Assembly (NCBI RefSeq): GCF_008831285.2
Contig: NC_045138.2
Span: forward strand, 10,912,001-10,976,000
Source of the DNA: Nymphaea colorata
Lineage: Eukaryota
Reading direction: 5' to 3'
DNA: 64,000 nucleotides
Each line of letters starts with the position of its first letter. Position 1 is the stretch's first letter. This document shows, piece after piece, positions 25,501 through 37,199 of this stretch. Under the pieces are notes generated by a model. It made no database searches. It saw only the letters and a list, made by a program, of their open reading frames with translations, and was not told the DNA's origin. The translations under genes and the position numbers were made by a program.

Positions 25501-26538
25501 GCCATCGTCACGCTTAAAAGAAGCATGGATCACAAACGCATACATTCTGCTAGTTCTCCAACGGCAATTGCAGATAAGAGCTAGAACAAGCTTACTCGAT
25601 AATGTCTACCTTGAAGAATCCATGATTGTATCAGTGTCCGGCTATATTGTTCAAACCTTTCAACACAAATCTCATCCAGCCTCTTCTTTCTGAAAAATAT
25701 ATTACAGACAAAGCAAAAAAGATGAAGGAATTTGTAGAAAACTCACAGACCCCAAATATTGCAACTCCTGACTTCATACTAAAGACCTTCGCCCAATATA
25801 CATGAAGTGGCAAGCCTTGAGGACTCATACCACGATGACGACAGTGAGCATCGACAACACCAAGAGAAGCTCAGGCAACACAATGGCAGGATGGGAACTT
25901 GATTCAGCTCCAATTTGACACCCTCCTCGTATCCCTCTTACCAGTTACCATCCGCCAACCCATGGTGGTTACCATCATGTAATGCCGAAAGGTAAAGGAC
26001 GGAGGGGAAGTAACAACATGATATGACCATGATTGGAACAATCAAATCCATACGCAAGCATGGAAGAATTTGAGACATATGAATATGGACGCTCGTAGAA
26101 GCCAACCAATACGAGTAAGACGCAATTACCACGTAACATCATCTGACATGAAACGCCGTAATGTCACCAAGTGAACATTTCGGTGTTCGAGGGCAACTCG
26201 CTACATTATGGAAATACTTTATAGGGATGAAATCACATCAATCGAAGAATTACTTTTTCTGAACGTGGATTTGAGCCGACTTTCCGGAAGCATAGGATCT
26301 CCAGAGCTTCAAACGAATTGGGCAATCTGCTTTTGCCACATAAAGGAATGGGGGCAAACGAAATCCTGTAAATTAGAGGAGAAAAAATTAAAGGGAAAAA
26401 CGCAAGTTTTCAGGGATCAAACACGGTAAGGAAGTAAGTTGGAATACTGCTGCACATGGGGAGAGCAAACGGAAAGATGGGTGCGGCCATCCTTGAGAGT
26501 AACGAACGTCTAGCCAAAGAGAGCGGGAGAGCTTCCAT
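9630..26538 (-). CDS. tlyA: TlyA/hemolysin A-family rRNA (cytidine-2'-O)-methyltransferase (S4-like + FtsJ domain) with a probable organellar transit peptide, 9 exons, ~313 aa
   Basis: Exons on -: 26538-26448, 26365-26254, 25689-25610, 24818-24716, 24597-24441, 23925-23797, 22530-22444, 10070-10026, 9767-9630; all GT-AG and phase-consistent (942 nt). Translation: ...[34 protein letters not shown]...[15 protein letters not shown]...[38 protein letters not shown]...ERTNLRYL...[10 protein letters not shown]...[21 protein letters not shown]...[13 protein letters not shown]. The K-D-K-E catalytic tetrad and SAM-binding motif are intact. Exon 1 is the least certain. Confidence 0.92.
9803..9977. repeat. 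~87-bp tandem duplication in tlyA intron 8
   Basis: CCTGGG..GGAAGGAACTAG(C/T)CAATTCTATT(T/C)GGTGA(T/A)GGGCGTCCCCA...GGCAGTTAGTTTG occurs twice in tandem. Confidence 0.75.
10300..11266 (-). mobile_element. Degenerate Ty1/Copia remnant (RT C-terminus, RNase H, PPT/3' LTR), interrupted by the Tekay element and continuing at ~20073-20200
   Basis: The - strand peptides [87 protein letters not shown] and QLTNCFTK match Copia motifs (LxYLTxTRPDI..LRYLKG, YSDADWAG, STEAEYR, DNKSAI.IA.NPVFH, QLADIFTK). They are followed by a PPT-like TTGAGGAAAGG and TATTA at ~10720. Confidence 0.75.
10452..10518. repeat. (CA)n/(TA)n microsatellite
   Basis: Short (CA)n followed by about 25 TA units. Confidence 0.95.
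11267..13595 (+). repeat. 5' LTR (truncated, lacks the last ~710 nt)
   Basis: Aligns by eye to 17027-19358 and diverges right after ...GGGTGAAATGGATCCA. Confidence 0.9.
13587..16975 (+). pseudogene. Tekay pol pseudogene (protease, RT, RNase H, integrase, partial chromodomain)
   Basis: Protease [10 protein letters not shown] and [35 protein letters not shown] and [10 protein letters not shown]; RNase H YTEASG (catalytic D to E) and [10 protein letters not shown]; integrase [15 protein letters not shown] and [21 protein letters not shown]; chromodomain-like [31 protein letters not shown]. Lesions: premature TGA at 14610-14612, a frameshift near 16565 and small deletions. Confidence 0.93.
17027..20072 (+). 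repeat. 3' LTR (complete, 3046 bp)
   Basis: Starts TGTAACG after the PPT and ends GGGGTGTGACA before the TSD. Confidence 0.93.
21840..22241 (-). mobile_element. Degenerate LTR-like segment, possibly related to the Copia remnant
   Basis: Begins TGTTAG on the - strand. It shares patches with 10320-10700 (GAAA(C/T)ACAAAG(C/T)TCACAC-AATGTGCACTA; GTGCATAGAGAAA). No clean PBS or TSD. Confidence 0.3.
22651..22985. repeat. Two short tandem duplications in tlyA intron 6 (~34-bp motif x2; ~103-bp unit x2)
   Basis: AAGTTCATAATATCAGAGATACAT(A/G)ATAGTGTTC at ~22651 and ~22718. AATGATGCCATGTGCCTTACTTTTTAACTTGAAGGTT...AGGGCTGAA at ~22799 and ~22902. Confidence 0.75.
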
Positions 26539-27724
26539 GCTGCGTGTGTTTTTAGTTGGCACTCCCACAATTAGCGAGAGACGGCGGATACGTCAAGATT
26601 CTCCCTGGAATTTCCAGAGGCACGGGATTATTTTGCAAATTGGACGGACTTCATATGACACGTTTGGATGTGGAAGGAAGACTGACAAGGAGAATCCTTT
26701 CATTGAAACAATTTGGTGGGAAGCCTACATTTGAACGTTCTTCGTACCAGTGAACAAAAATAACTCTCACCCTGCTTCCTTGACACCGGTAGTATAACTT
26801 GAAGATGCATCAGCGTTGTAATATTGCACTTTACTTTGGAAGAACAATTGATGCATAAGGCAAAAAAGTAAACTAGATAAAATTGAGGCCAATAGAAAGT
26901 AAACAGTCCTCTAAAAAATTAAACATGGAAAACAATCAGTCACGAGTGATTTTAGGAGGGGCAAAATTGCATCTGGATTTAAGGTAAATTCAAAGTAAGT
27001 GCAAAACCCATCTTACTTGATCACATAAAGTCTGGAAAAGGTCAATGCCCCTTAGTGTTGGCCAACATGAAATAAAAAATTGGGCATTATAGCCTTGTGA
27101 CTTAAGCTAGCCTAAAAAACATGGAAAGCATTAAAAGTTGAGGATCAAGACTTGACTGGAATAAGCAAATAAAAATAACAAGTTAAATCCAAATTGTCCA
27201 CTAGTTACATTTGAAGTGCCTCACCCATGTGCATGAAGTAGCAACATTATATTAGCCGATGGGCAAAATGGTAAAAAATCTTGAAAGTTCCTTCTTAGGG
27301 TTCCTCTTTTGTAGAAAGTGCCTAAAGTTCAACAACAACTTAGCCATGTGTGGAATGTCTCAGCCCTCACATTTTGGGCTCTAAATACAGTGAATCTACT
27401 TGTTTTTCTCGATGAAATTTGTGAAGGTAGTACTTGTAGTTTGATAGCTAGTTCATGATGGTTTGAACCTATCTGGCTATATAATATATGTATGTATCTG
27501 TGTGTCCACATGTTCATATTTGTATATATGTATTAGCATACTTGCATGAAAGGACTCTCATATCAGATGAGCAGATGATCGAATGTTTGTAGAGTAGTTA
27601 AATAATTATTAAAGGTTTTGCATTTAAATTTAGTCTGCTTAGGTGTAGTTCAAAACTAAGCTAAGCTAAGCACATGGAATACACATATGACATTCATATT
27701 GTATGGCAACAATAACAAGTTACT

Positions 27725-30700
27725 GATATATAAATTTACCCAAAGATTGAGACAAATTTATAGACAATAGCAGCATAGTGTACTACAAATTTGCTCCAAT
27801 CTTTGGGGCACATACCAAACATGCTCATAGGCAACATTTGAATGCATGATAAAATGTTGGACATTAGAATGTCATAACATTTTATAATGGATAGATTTTA
27901 GGTGGAACAAAAGTTTCAGGTTCCACATACCACATCTTATGTGATGACCTAAAACTTTTGTTTCAAGCATTTTAGCTTCATGTTTGTGCATGAAACTAAA
28001 ATTCTATATGTTTATGACATTTATTGAGATTGAAAATCTATTTACAACATCCATTGAGACAGCAAAGCAGGCTACCTATAACATTTCGTAAAGATATGGA
28101 TAAATTTATGGACCATAGTAACATAGTGTTCTATGAATTTGCTTCTATCTACCAAACGGCCCTTAGGTAACATTTTAATACATGCTATTAAAATGTTGGA
28201 CATTAGAATACCATGACATTTGATACTAGATAGCTTTTAGATGGGAGAAAAGTTTCACGTTCCATATACCATATCATGTGTGATGACCTTAAACTTTTGT
28301 TTCAAGCATTTTAGCTTTATGTTTGTTTATACATGGAACTAAAATTAAATATGTTTATGAGATCCATTGAGACTGTAAATCTGTTTATAACATTCATTGA
28401 CAAAACAAAAAAAACTACCTATAACATTTCACAAAGATTGAGACAAATTCATAAACCATGGTGACATAGTGTTTTATGAATATACTCCAATATTTAGGGC
28501 ACTTTCATGGGACAGTAACAACTCGTTACTGTTACCAAATTGGCCCTAAGGTAACAAGTGAATACATAGTAATAAAATGTTGGACATTAGAATGCCATGA
28601 CATTTGATACTGAATAGCTTTTAGGTGGAACAAAAGTTTCAGGTTCCATATGCCACATCTTATGTGATGACCTTAAAATTTTGTTTCAAGCATTTTAACT
28701 TCATGTTTATTTGTTTGTGGAAATAAAATTATATATGTTTATCACATCCATTGAGATTTTCAATCTATTTATAACATTCATTGACATAGCAAAACAAACT
28801 ACCTATAACATTTCACAAAGATTGAGAGAAATTCATAAACCATGGTAACATGGTGTTTTATGAATATGCTCCAACCTTTGGGGCACTTTCATGATATGAT
28901 AACAACCTGTTACTATTACCAAATGGTCTCATAAGTTACATTTGAATACATTGGATTAAATGTTGGATATTAGAATGCCATGACATTTAATACTAGATAG
29001 CTTTCAGGTGGAATAAAAGTTTTAACTTCCATATACCACATCTTGTGTGATGACCTTAAACTTTTGTTTCAAGGATTGTAGCCTCATGTTTGTTTATTCA
29101 TGGAACTACAATCATTTATGTTTATGACATCCATTGAGATTATAAATATGTTTATAACATCCATTGACATAGCAAAAAAATGCTATCTATAACATTTTAC
29201 AAAGATCGAGACAAATTCATAAACTATGGTAACATAGTGTTTTATGAACCTACTCCAATCTTTGGGGCATTTTCATGGGATGGTAACAACTTGTTACTTG
29301 TAACAACAGGCCATGAGGTAACATTTGAATACATAGTATTAAAACACTGGACATTAGAATTAGAATGCCATGATATTTGATACTGAATAACTTTTTAGGT
29401 GGAACAAAAGTTTCAAGTTCCATATACCACATCTTGTGTGATGACCTTAAAATTTTGTTTCAAGCATTTTAACTTCATGTTTGTTTGTACATGGAACTAA
29501 AATTATATATGTTTATGACATCCATTGAGATTGTAAATCTACTTATAACATTCATTGACAGAACAAAAAAGGCTACCTATAACATTTCACAAAGATTGAG
29601 ACAAATTCATAGACTATGGTAACATAGTGTTTTATGAATCTGCTCCAATCTTTTGGGGCACTTTCATGATATGATAACAACTTGTTATTGTTACTAAATG
29701 GGCCCTTAGTTAACATTTGAATACATAGTATTAAAATGTTGGACATTAGAATGCCATGACATTTGATACTTGATAGCTTTCAGGTGGAACAAAAGTTTCA
29801 GGTTCCATATACCACATCTTGTGTGATGACCTTAAACTTTTGTTTTAAACATGTTAACTTTATGTTTGTTTGTTCATGGAACTAAAATTATATATTTTTA
29901 TGACATCCATTGAAATTGTAAATCTATTTATAACATCTATTGATATAACAAAAAAAGACTACCTATAACATTTCACTAAGATTGAGACAAATTTATAAAC
30001 CATGGTGACATAGTGTTTTATGAATATACTTCAATCTTTGGGGCACTTTCATGAGACAGTAACAACTTGCTACTGTTACCAAACAAGCCCAAAGGTAACA
30101 TGTGAATACATAGTATTAAAATGTTGGACATTAGAATCCCATGACATTTGATACTAGATAGCTTTGAGGTGGAACAAAAGTTTCAGGTTCCATACACCAC
30201 ATCTTGTGTGATGACCTTAAACTTTTATTTCAAGCATTTTTGTTTCATGTTTGTTTGTGCATGAAACTAAAAATTATATATCTTTATGACATCCATTGAG
30301 ATTATAAATCAGTTTATAACATTCACTGACATAGCTAAAAAGGCTACCTATAACATTTCACAAAGATAGTGACAAAGTCATAGACCATGGGAACATAGTT
30401 TTTTTTATGAATCTACTCCAATCTTTGGGGCACTTTCATGGTACAATAACAACTTGTTCCTATTACCAAACGGGCCCATAAGTAACATTTGGATATATGG
30501 TATTAAAACATTGGACGCTAGATTGCCAAGACATTTGGTACTGGATAGCTTTCAGGTGGAGCAAAAGATCACATCTCATGTGACGACTTGAGACTTTTGT
30601 TTCAAGCATTTTAGCTTCATATTTGTTTATGCATAGAACTAAAACTTTATATGTTTATGACATCCATTGAGATTATAAATCTGCTTATAACATCCATTGA

Positions 30701-30735
30701 GATAACAAAAAAATGCTACCCATAACATTTCACAA
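27725..30735. repeat. Tandem array of ~8 copies of a ~385-bp AT-rich unit
   Basis: The marker CAAAGATTGAGACAAATT recurs at ~27741, 28089, 28433, 28816, 29200, 29590, 29976 and 30361 (periods ~345-390). GGTGGAACAAAAGTTTCAGGTTCCA recurs with the same period. Confidence 0.93.
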
Positions 30736-32591
30736 ATTCATCCAAGCCACAAAAAATCTAATATATAATTGTAAATTGTCCAACCACAATGTACTTACTC
30801 CAAAGCCACAAAAAATCATGTAAGAGTGTAGAAAGATTTAACACACTTTTTTTGTTGTAGATGTATGAGTAGTAGGTTTCATAATATGGGCATGGACCCC
30901 CTCTTTCATACTTTGATACAATCGATTACTATCTAATTGTTAATAATCTATCACATTGTTGCCACTAGCAATAACAATGATTAATCTTTTTATTTGCAAA
31001 GTGAAAAAAATAAGAGATGTTTAAGTCCTAATTGAGTGATCTATATGTATGACCTTTCACTTGAAATTTTAAAGATTGGTGAATTGACCCTAAAACTGAA
31101 GTTTGGATTAGTTGAAAGTGGTAACTCTGTTTTGGATGTAGCTCCCTAGTGCATTAAAAATTGGGCATGTATGAATTAGTATCAGTGTTCACTTTTTTAG
31201 CTTATATTTAGTAATTTGATATCTTATGGTAGTAATTTGTTTTATGAGCAATTTACTAATGATCTGATGAAAACTTTCACTACTTTTTTCTATTTACTTT
31301 TCTATTGTCATGGTGGGTGGGTTGTGTTTCAGTTTTTGAAGCTATGGGGAGCTAGAGATAGAGGAGAGTACAAGGGAAGACACGAAAAGAAACAAGAAAT
31401 TGAATGGGGCAGTTATAGGCAACAAATACCATGAGAAGCACATGCATAGAGTTAGATAAACATGTACTTGAATGAGGTTCTAGCCACTTTTGTGTTTTGC
31501 ATGTATAGGCCCTACTAATCAATGGGATGGATTAATTTCTGACATTAAGCAAATTGTTGGAATTTGACCATAATGGGGTCAATTAGATATCGAAAAAGAT
31601 AGGAATGAGCAAAACACCATGCACGAACGAAGAAAAAAGAAAAACTTGACAGCTCCAAACCCCCCAAATGGTTAGGAAGGCGAGGGAAAAAAAAGCTTGC
31701 TGTTGTATCATCTATAGGTCATTCTAAGGGGGAGGGAAACATAAAAGAACATGTTCTTTATGATGGAAAGAGAGAGGGCCGATGAAGTGGATGGGGAAGA
31801 GAGGTGGACAGCAAGAGGCATAACAATAACAAAAACAAGAGGTGGGTAGTGATAGGTGACATTCTTTGTGGTGGACAAAAAAAAAAGTGGATGATGACGA
31901 AGAGCATAGAGGCCAAATGGTGACCACTAGATAAAGAAAAATCGAAGGGGCGAAGGCTAGCGATTCTTCTCTCCATATAGGCAAACAATGCCAGAGCTTG
32001 GGAGAATGAAGACAAAAGCTGTAGGGATGCTAGGATCTGTGCTGGAAGAGAAATCAAAGGTTGGAGCAAATTCTTGCCCAGATGGCTTAATGCAATGAGC
32101 AAAAAAAGATTTTCCCTTGTATTAAGTTCCACACAATGTTGTGAGAGGCATATGCTTCTAACAAAAAAAAAGGCGAGTCAAGGCGTTTTTTTAGAAAAAA
32201 TGCCTTGAGGCATTGGTTTGAGGCGCACATGTCCCTGAAGCGTGCTCCTCATTTGGAAGAGGCGTATGCTTCACAGAGTGGCACGCTTCTGCTTGAGGCG
32301 CACGCCTCAAGGACAGATTCTATTTAGTGGATTTTAATGTTAAAAAATAAAAAATTAAATAAAATTAGTCTCACATGTAACCCTAATCAAACTCTCTTTC
32401 TATCCCTAACTGCCATTTTCTCAAATATCAATCCCAAATCACCCGTCTCCATGCTTTTCTCCAAGAAGGAGCTTTCTTCTCTGCGGCTGAGAAGGTGAAA
32501 GGCGCACGTCTATTTCAAGGCACTCTCCGACTACAGGCCTCGCAGCATGGCACTCTCTGACTCACCTGTGAGTTTAAATGTCTTCCTCCTT

Positions 32592-32722
32592 CCTGTTAGC
32601 ATACAATACAATAGTTTACTGATATTGACAGCCACATATGCCTTGGCCCTATCCTGTTAGCATAACAATACAATAGTTTACTATATTTCCTGTTAGCATA
32701 CAATACAATAGTTTACTATATT
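32592..32722. repeat. Three copies of a ~30-bp motif inside the hAT element
   Basis: CCTGTTAGCATA(A)CAATACAATAGTTTACT occurs three times. Confidence 0.85.
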
Positions 32723-32782
32723 TCTGGTGCTATGCTTTAGTAAATAGTGTGCCTACCTGCTTTTGTGTTCATCTATTGTCAG

Positions 32783-32820
32783 GACGTGTGGAGTCTTGGT
32801 TGTATAGTTGTTGAGATGTG
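32783..32820 (+). pseudogene. Captured protein-kinase exon fragment (subdomain IX) inside the hAT element
   Basis: TGTCAG|GAC GTG TGG AGT CTT GGT TGT ATA GTT GTT GAG ATG TG|GTAAAT encodes DVWSLGCIVVEM and is flanked by AG/GT. The match is short. Confidence 0.55.
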
Positions 32821-32916
32821 GTAAATAAGGGAACTCATAAATGTAAAGATTAAAAAAAATGATGGCTTGCAATATACTTTAGGATATAAAAATTGATACA
32901 ACTGGTAGACACATTT

Positions 32917-33109
32917 TCAAGGCAAACTTCTCCTATTCTGATTGAATTCTTCAAGGAAGGTCTTGGCTGCTTCATACGCAGACTAGTAGATGGCTGCAAT
33001 AAGCGCATGAAATAGCATTCTTGGCCTCCATCCTCTTGTCAGACCAGTGTAACCCTCCTTTAATGTTCCCAATTGAACCGCTGGTGAATCTATCGCACCC
33101 ACCAACTCC
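32917..33109 (-). pseudogene. Captured last exon of a mitochondrial carrier (mitoferrin-like) gene inside the hAT element
   Basis: After the acceptor TGTAG: GVGGCDRFTSGSIGNI, a frameshift/deletion, then KEGYTGLTRGWRPRMLFHALIAAIY*SAYEAAKTFLEEFNQNRRSLP*. This resembles the plant mitoferrin C-terminus (GVCGCDRF.SGSI...KDGY.GL.RGW.PRMLFHAPAAAICWSTYE..K.F). About 40 nt of it is duplicated at ~33148-33188. Confidence 0.75.
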
Positions 33110-33531
33110 CTACAGTGAAAAGAACATTCGGTTATCATAAACATTCGTGAAATAGCATTCTTGGCCTCCATCCTCTTGTGAGACCAACGCTCCATGTTTC
33201 TAGATTAAACATGTTCTCCTTTTGAAAGAGCTACTTATCTTTTAGTATGATTATCATGTTAAAGAACATGACAATGGTAATTGATTCATTGTGGTAGACA
33301 ATCATTTTATATTTTTATGTATTTTTTATTAGTTATTTTGCATTTAGTTTGTAATATGTTATTACTTCTTAAAATAATTTAAATTTGTCGTATGGTGTTA
33401 ATATTTGTTACATTATGTGTTGTTATTATTTGGGTATGCTTAGCAATTTCAGCTTTTGCATACAATGTAATTGAACTCATTGGATGCTTATTGAATTGTA
33501 TTTGTAGTACATTGTTTAGGTTTGAGAAAAA

Positions 33532-36102
33532 ATGCCTCGGCAGGATTCAACATGGGAACATTGTGTTGAATAAGATCCTAATGATTAAGAAAAAAGGGGA
33601 AACTTGATATGCAATTATTGTAAGGAAACTTATAGAGGTGGAGTTTGTAGAATGAAACAACACTTGGATGGAACTAAAAAAGATGCTAAAGCATGTGACA
33701 AAACACCACAAAATGTTGTACAATTTTTCAATAATTATTTGCAGGTACAAAAAGTGAAATACAAAGAAAAAAAGACAATATTGAATTGCATAGAAATGAA
33801 TGTTTGGATGAAGGAATAATCAATGGTGGCCTTACATCTCCAAATGTTCGTAAATGTGGAATTTCACGAGGTCCAATGGATCAATTTATAACTTCAGATA
33901 TGTGACAACCAACAATCAACAATGCCTTCAAGAAAGAGGAAAGAAAGCAAGTATATTTTGCCATAGGTCAGTTCTTTTTTGCGCATGCTTTATCATTTAA
34001 CTTATGTAACATTCATTTGAGAGAATGAATGAAGCTATGGGAAATTATGTTCGAGGATTGAAACCACCAACCTACAATGGTATGTGGACTTCGATCCTAA
34101 AAGAAGAAGTTGATAAAGTTCAAATCAAATTAGAGGACTACAAGAAGACATGGTTGAAGACTGGTTGTACCATAATGGCAGATGGCTGGACTGATGGTAA
34201 AAGTAAAAATTTGATTAACTTTCTTGTAAATAATCCTTTAGGTACAATTTTTTTAAAGTCTTATGATATTAGTGGTGTAAAAAAGACTGCTAATAATTTG
34301 GTCAAATTATTCATGAAGATAATTAAAGAAGTTGGGGAGAAAAACATAGTGCAGGTAGTTACTGATAATGCTGCTAACTACAAAGCTACAGGTATGAAGT
34401 TAAAAGAAAATGATGGTTTCAAGCATATTTTTGGGCACCTTGTGCAGCTCATTGCCTAGATTTAATTCTTTAAGACATTGTTAAGATACATTTGCATAAG
34501 GAAGTGATTGAAAAAGCAAAAGTTGTAAGTACATTTATATATGGACATACTTGGGTATTAAATTTGATGAGAAAATATCCAGATGGTAAAGAACTTCTAT
34601 GGCCTGCTATTACACGTTTTGCTACTTCCTATCTTACTTTACAAAGCATTTGTACAAACAAAATAGCATTGAAGAACATGTTTTTGTCTCCAGAATTTCA
34701 TGGTAGTTATTATTATACTAAAAATCCCAAAGGCAAGGAGGTAATGCAAATTTTTACTCAAGATGAAAGGTTTTGGAAGGTAATATCATATATTGTTAAA
34801 GTTACATTACATTTAGTGAAGGCGTTGAGAGTTGTTGATTCAGATGAAAAGCCAGTTATGGGATTTTTGTACAATCATATGAAAAGGGAAAAATAAGAAA
34901 TAGCATACAATATAGATAATGATCAGAAAAGGTATGCAAAAATTTGGCAAATAATTGATAATAGGTGGGATAATCAAATGCATCATCGTTTACATGCTGC
35001 AGGGTATTATCTAAACCCACATTTTCATTATGTCGATGATGTCCTCAAGGATAGAAGAATAAAGGCTGGACTCATGGAATGCTTAGACATTATGGTGCCT
35101 ACTGTAGAACAAAGATGTGATATCTTAGTTCAACTTGATTCATATGAAAATGAAGTTGGTGAGTTCGGCAGATCGTTAGCAATTGGAACAAGAAAGAAAA
35201 AACATCCTGGTATATTTTTTTAATTGTTTTGATTTATATTATGAAATTACGAGTGGATCAAATGAAGTTATCTAAACTACTCTTCTTGTTTATTTTTGTC
35301 AGTTGATTGGTGGAATACATTTGGCGACGATACAAAAGAATTGAAGAATTTTGCTATGAGAATTCTCAATCTTACATGCAGTGCATCAGGATGTGAGCGT
35401 AACTGGAGCTCATTATCTTTGGTAAATAAATGAAACTTTCAAATCATTTATTGTGCTATTATTCAAATGTTTTTTTATAATTGTCAAAATGATTAACTTA
35501 TGCAATTATATGATAGGTACATACAAAAAGAAGAAATCACCTTGACCAAGAAAAACTTAATTCTTTAGTTTTTGTCATGTATAATATGAAGTTGAATGAA
35601 AGAGAAATGAGAAAGAAAAGTACTCAAGATCCATTATTTGTTGATACCATTGATTCAAATGATGAATGAGTTGTTGAACAAGAAGATTCTGTTTTACCAC
35701 TTTCATTAGATGATTCTTGGTTGCACTCATCGTTTGAGATCGAAGACATTAATATCATTCATTTCAAAGATCTGTCAAGGTCTATGAAAAAGCGTAAAAG
35801 TGCTTCCTCTTCTCAAAAGAAAAGTGTTGGCAAAGGTAATGCTATATGTTTGTAATTTTTGAAATAAAAATAAGAACATTGTTTTTTTTTTTACTAATTG
35901 TTATATTTTGTTGTGTGTTATTGTTTTTATATCAAGTAAAACAATAATAGAAGATTTAGAACATGAGGATGATGAAGCAACTGAAGAAGAAGATGAACCT
36001 ATTCAATATATGGATGATGCAAATGGCGATGAACTGTCATCCATTAAAGAAGATGACAATGATGAAGATATAATTGACCAATTGCCTACAAAAATCATTT
36101 GA
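33532..36102 (+). pseudogene. hAT transposase pseudogene (BED finger, DUF659-type core, hAT dimerisation domain)
   Basis: WEHC..ICNYCK..GGVCRMKQHL; GCTIMADGWTD..LINFLVN..FLKS; IVQVVTDNAANY; PAITRFATSYLTL; LHAAGYYLNP; then spliced exons 35303-35421 (DWWNTFG..LTCSASGCERNWS) and 35517-35835 (VHTKRRNHL..LVFVMYN). Multiple stops and frameshifts. Confidence 0.92.
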
Positions 36103-37199
36103 ACTTTGTTAAATATCACTTGATAATTACACAAATTAGTTACTTCTTTTAATTTTTCTATATAAACATATGTTATTGTTCAGCAATACTTGTTATTTAC
36201 TTATTCTCTTAGTTGATATTATCATCTAAATCTTAGTTGTTATGACATTGTATTTATTTGGATTTATAAATAATTGTGGTTTGCATATGTTGTGTATTGT
36301 TCTTTATTGATATGCTTAGTATTGTAGTCACTTTTTTTCAGTTTTGTTATTATTTTTATAAATATTATATAATTCACAAATTTGTCCGTGAAGCTTACGC
36401 TTCAATTAACATCTTGCCTCGCCTCGCCTCATGAGAGGCTCAACGCCTCACCTTGCTTTCTCGCCTTTTACAACTTTGGTTCCACATGTTTAGGTAGAAC
36501 TTTAATCCACCCCAAAACTCTTAGGATCTTTGTCCCATGTTTCATTGACACTACAACTTTCCTGAAAATTTGAAGTAAAGTTTCACCACTATAGAGGAGT
36601 ATCGTGTAGGTTTAGGTTAAAATAGAACCACATATTGCAACGGCCATATCACCTTTGTGCAAACTCAATTGGGCAAGTAATGCTTTGCCAAAAGAAAAAG
36701 TTTTTGCTTCCTACTCTAAAAGAAAGATATTGAATAATGAAATGTGTTAGTAAGAAAAAAATTGTTTGACCTCCAAAAACTAACCTAAGTTAGTGAATCA
36801 GATTTGTAGGAATGGTGGACATGTATATGTCAAACTTTTTAGAGAAACTAGGAAAGATCTAATTTCAACATGATAAATCAGTCTTAAAAGATCAATTATA
36901 GTCTAAGAGCAATGGCTAGAATATCAGATAAGATTCAATCCCATTCATTAGCTATCATTGAAGCTATAACTAGCTTAATTAATGTGGTAGCAATGGCAGA
37001 AGCATATATGGGCTATTGTCGATACAAACCCACATAAATTTCTTAGTTATACCTTAAGATTTCATGGCCATTTACTTATTTTCATATTGGTTACCTTTTA
37101 AAAATGATAGTTTAAAGCATAAGTGCCCCTCATCAAAAAAATTGTCGGTTCCACAACTATGTAGAAGCCCTAAGATGACTATGATTGACTTAAATATTT

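Larger units (their letters stand above)
32134..36478 (+). mobile_element. Full-length but decayed hAT DNA transposon (4345 bp)
   Basis: Imperfect 16-bp TIRs CAATGTTGTGAGAGGC / GCCTTTTACAACTTTG. Perfect 8-bp TSD GTTCCACA (32126-32133, 36479-36486). Subterminal AGGCG/CGCCT repeats and an internal transposase pseudogene. Confidence 0.93.

Noticed and set aside
25138..25584. 148-aa + strand ORF
   Set aside because: Antisense within tlyA intron 3, with no recognisable domain.
26771..26856. Alternative first exon of tlyA (ATG...GG|GTGAG on -)
   Set aside because: It ends in phase 2 whereas exon 2 requires phase 1; 26538-26448 fits the frame and looks like a transit peptide.
27725..30735. CRISPR-like reading of the regularly spaced hairpins
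   Set aside because: The sequences between hairpins are homologous rather than unique spacers, there are no cas genes, and the context is eukaryotic.
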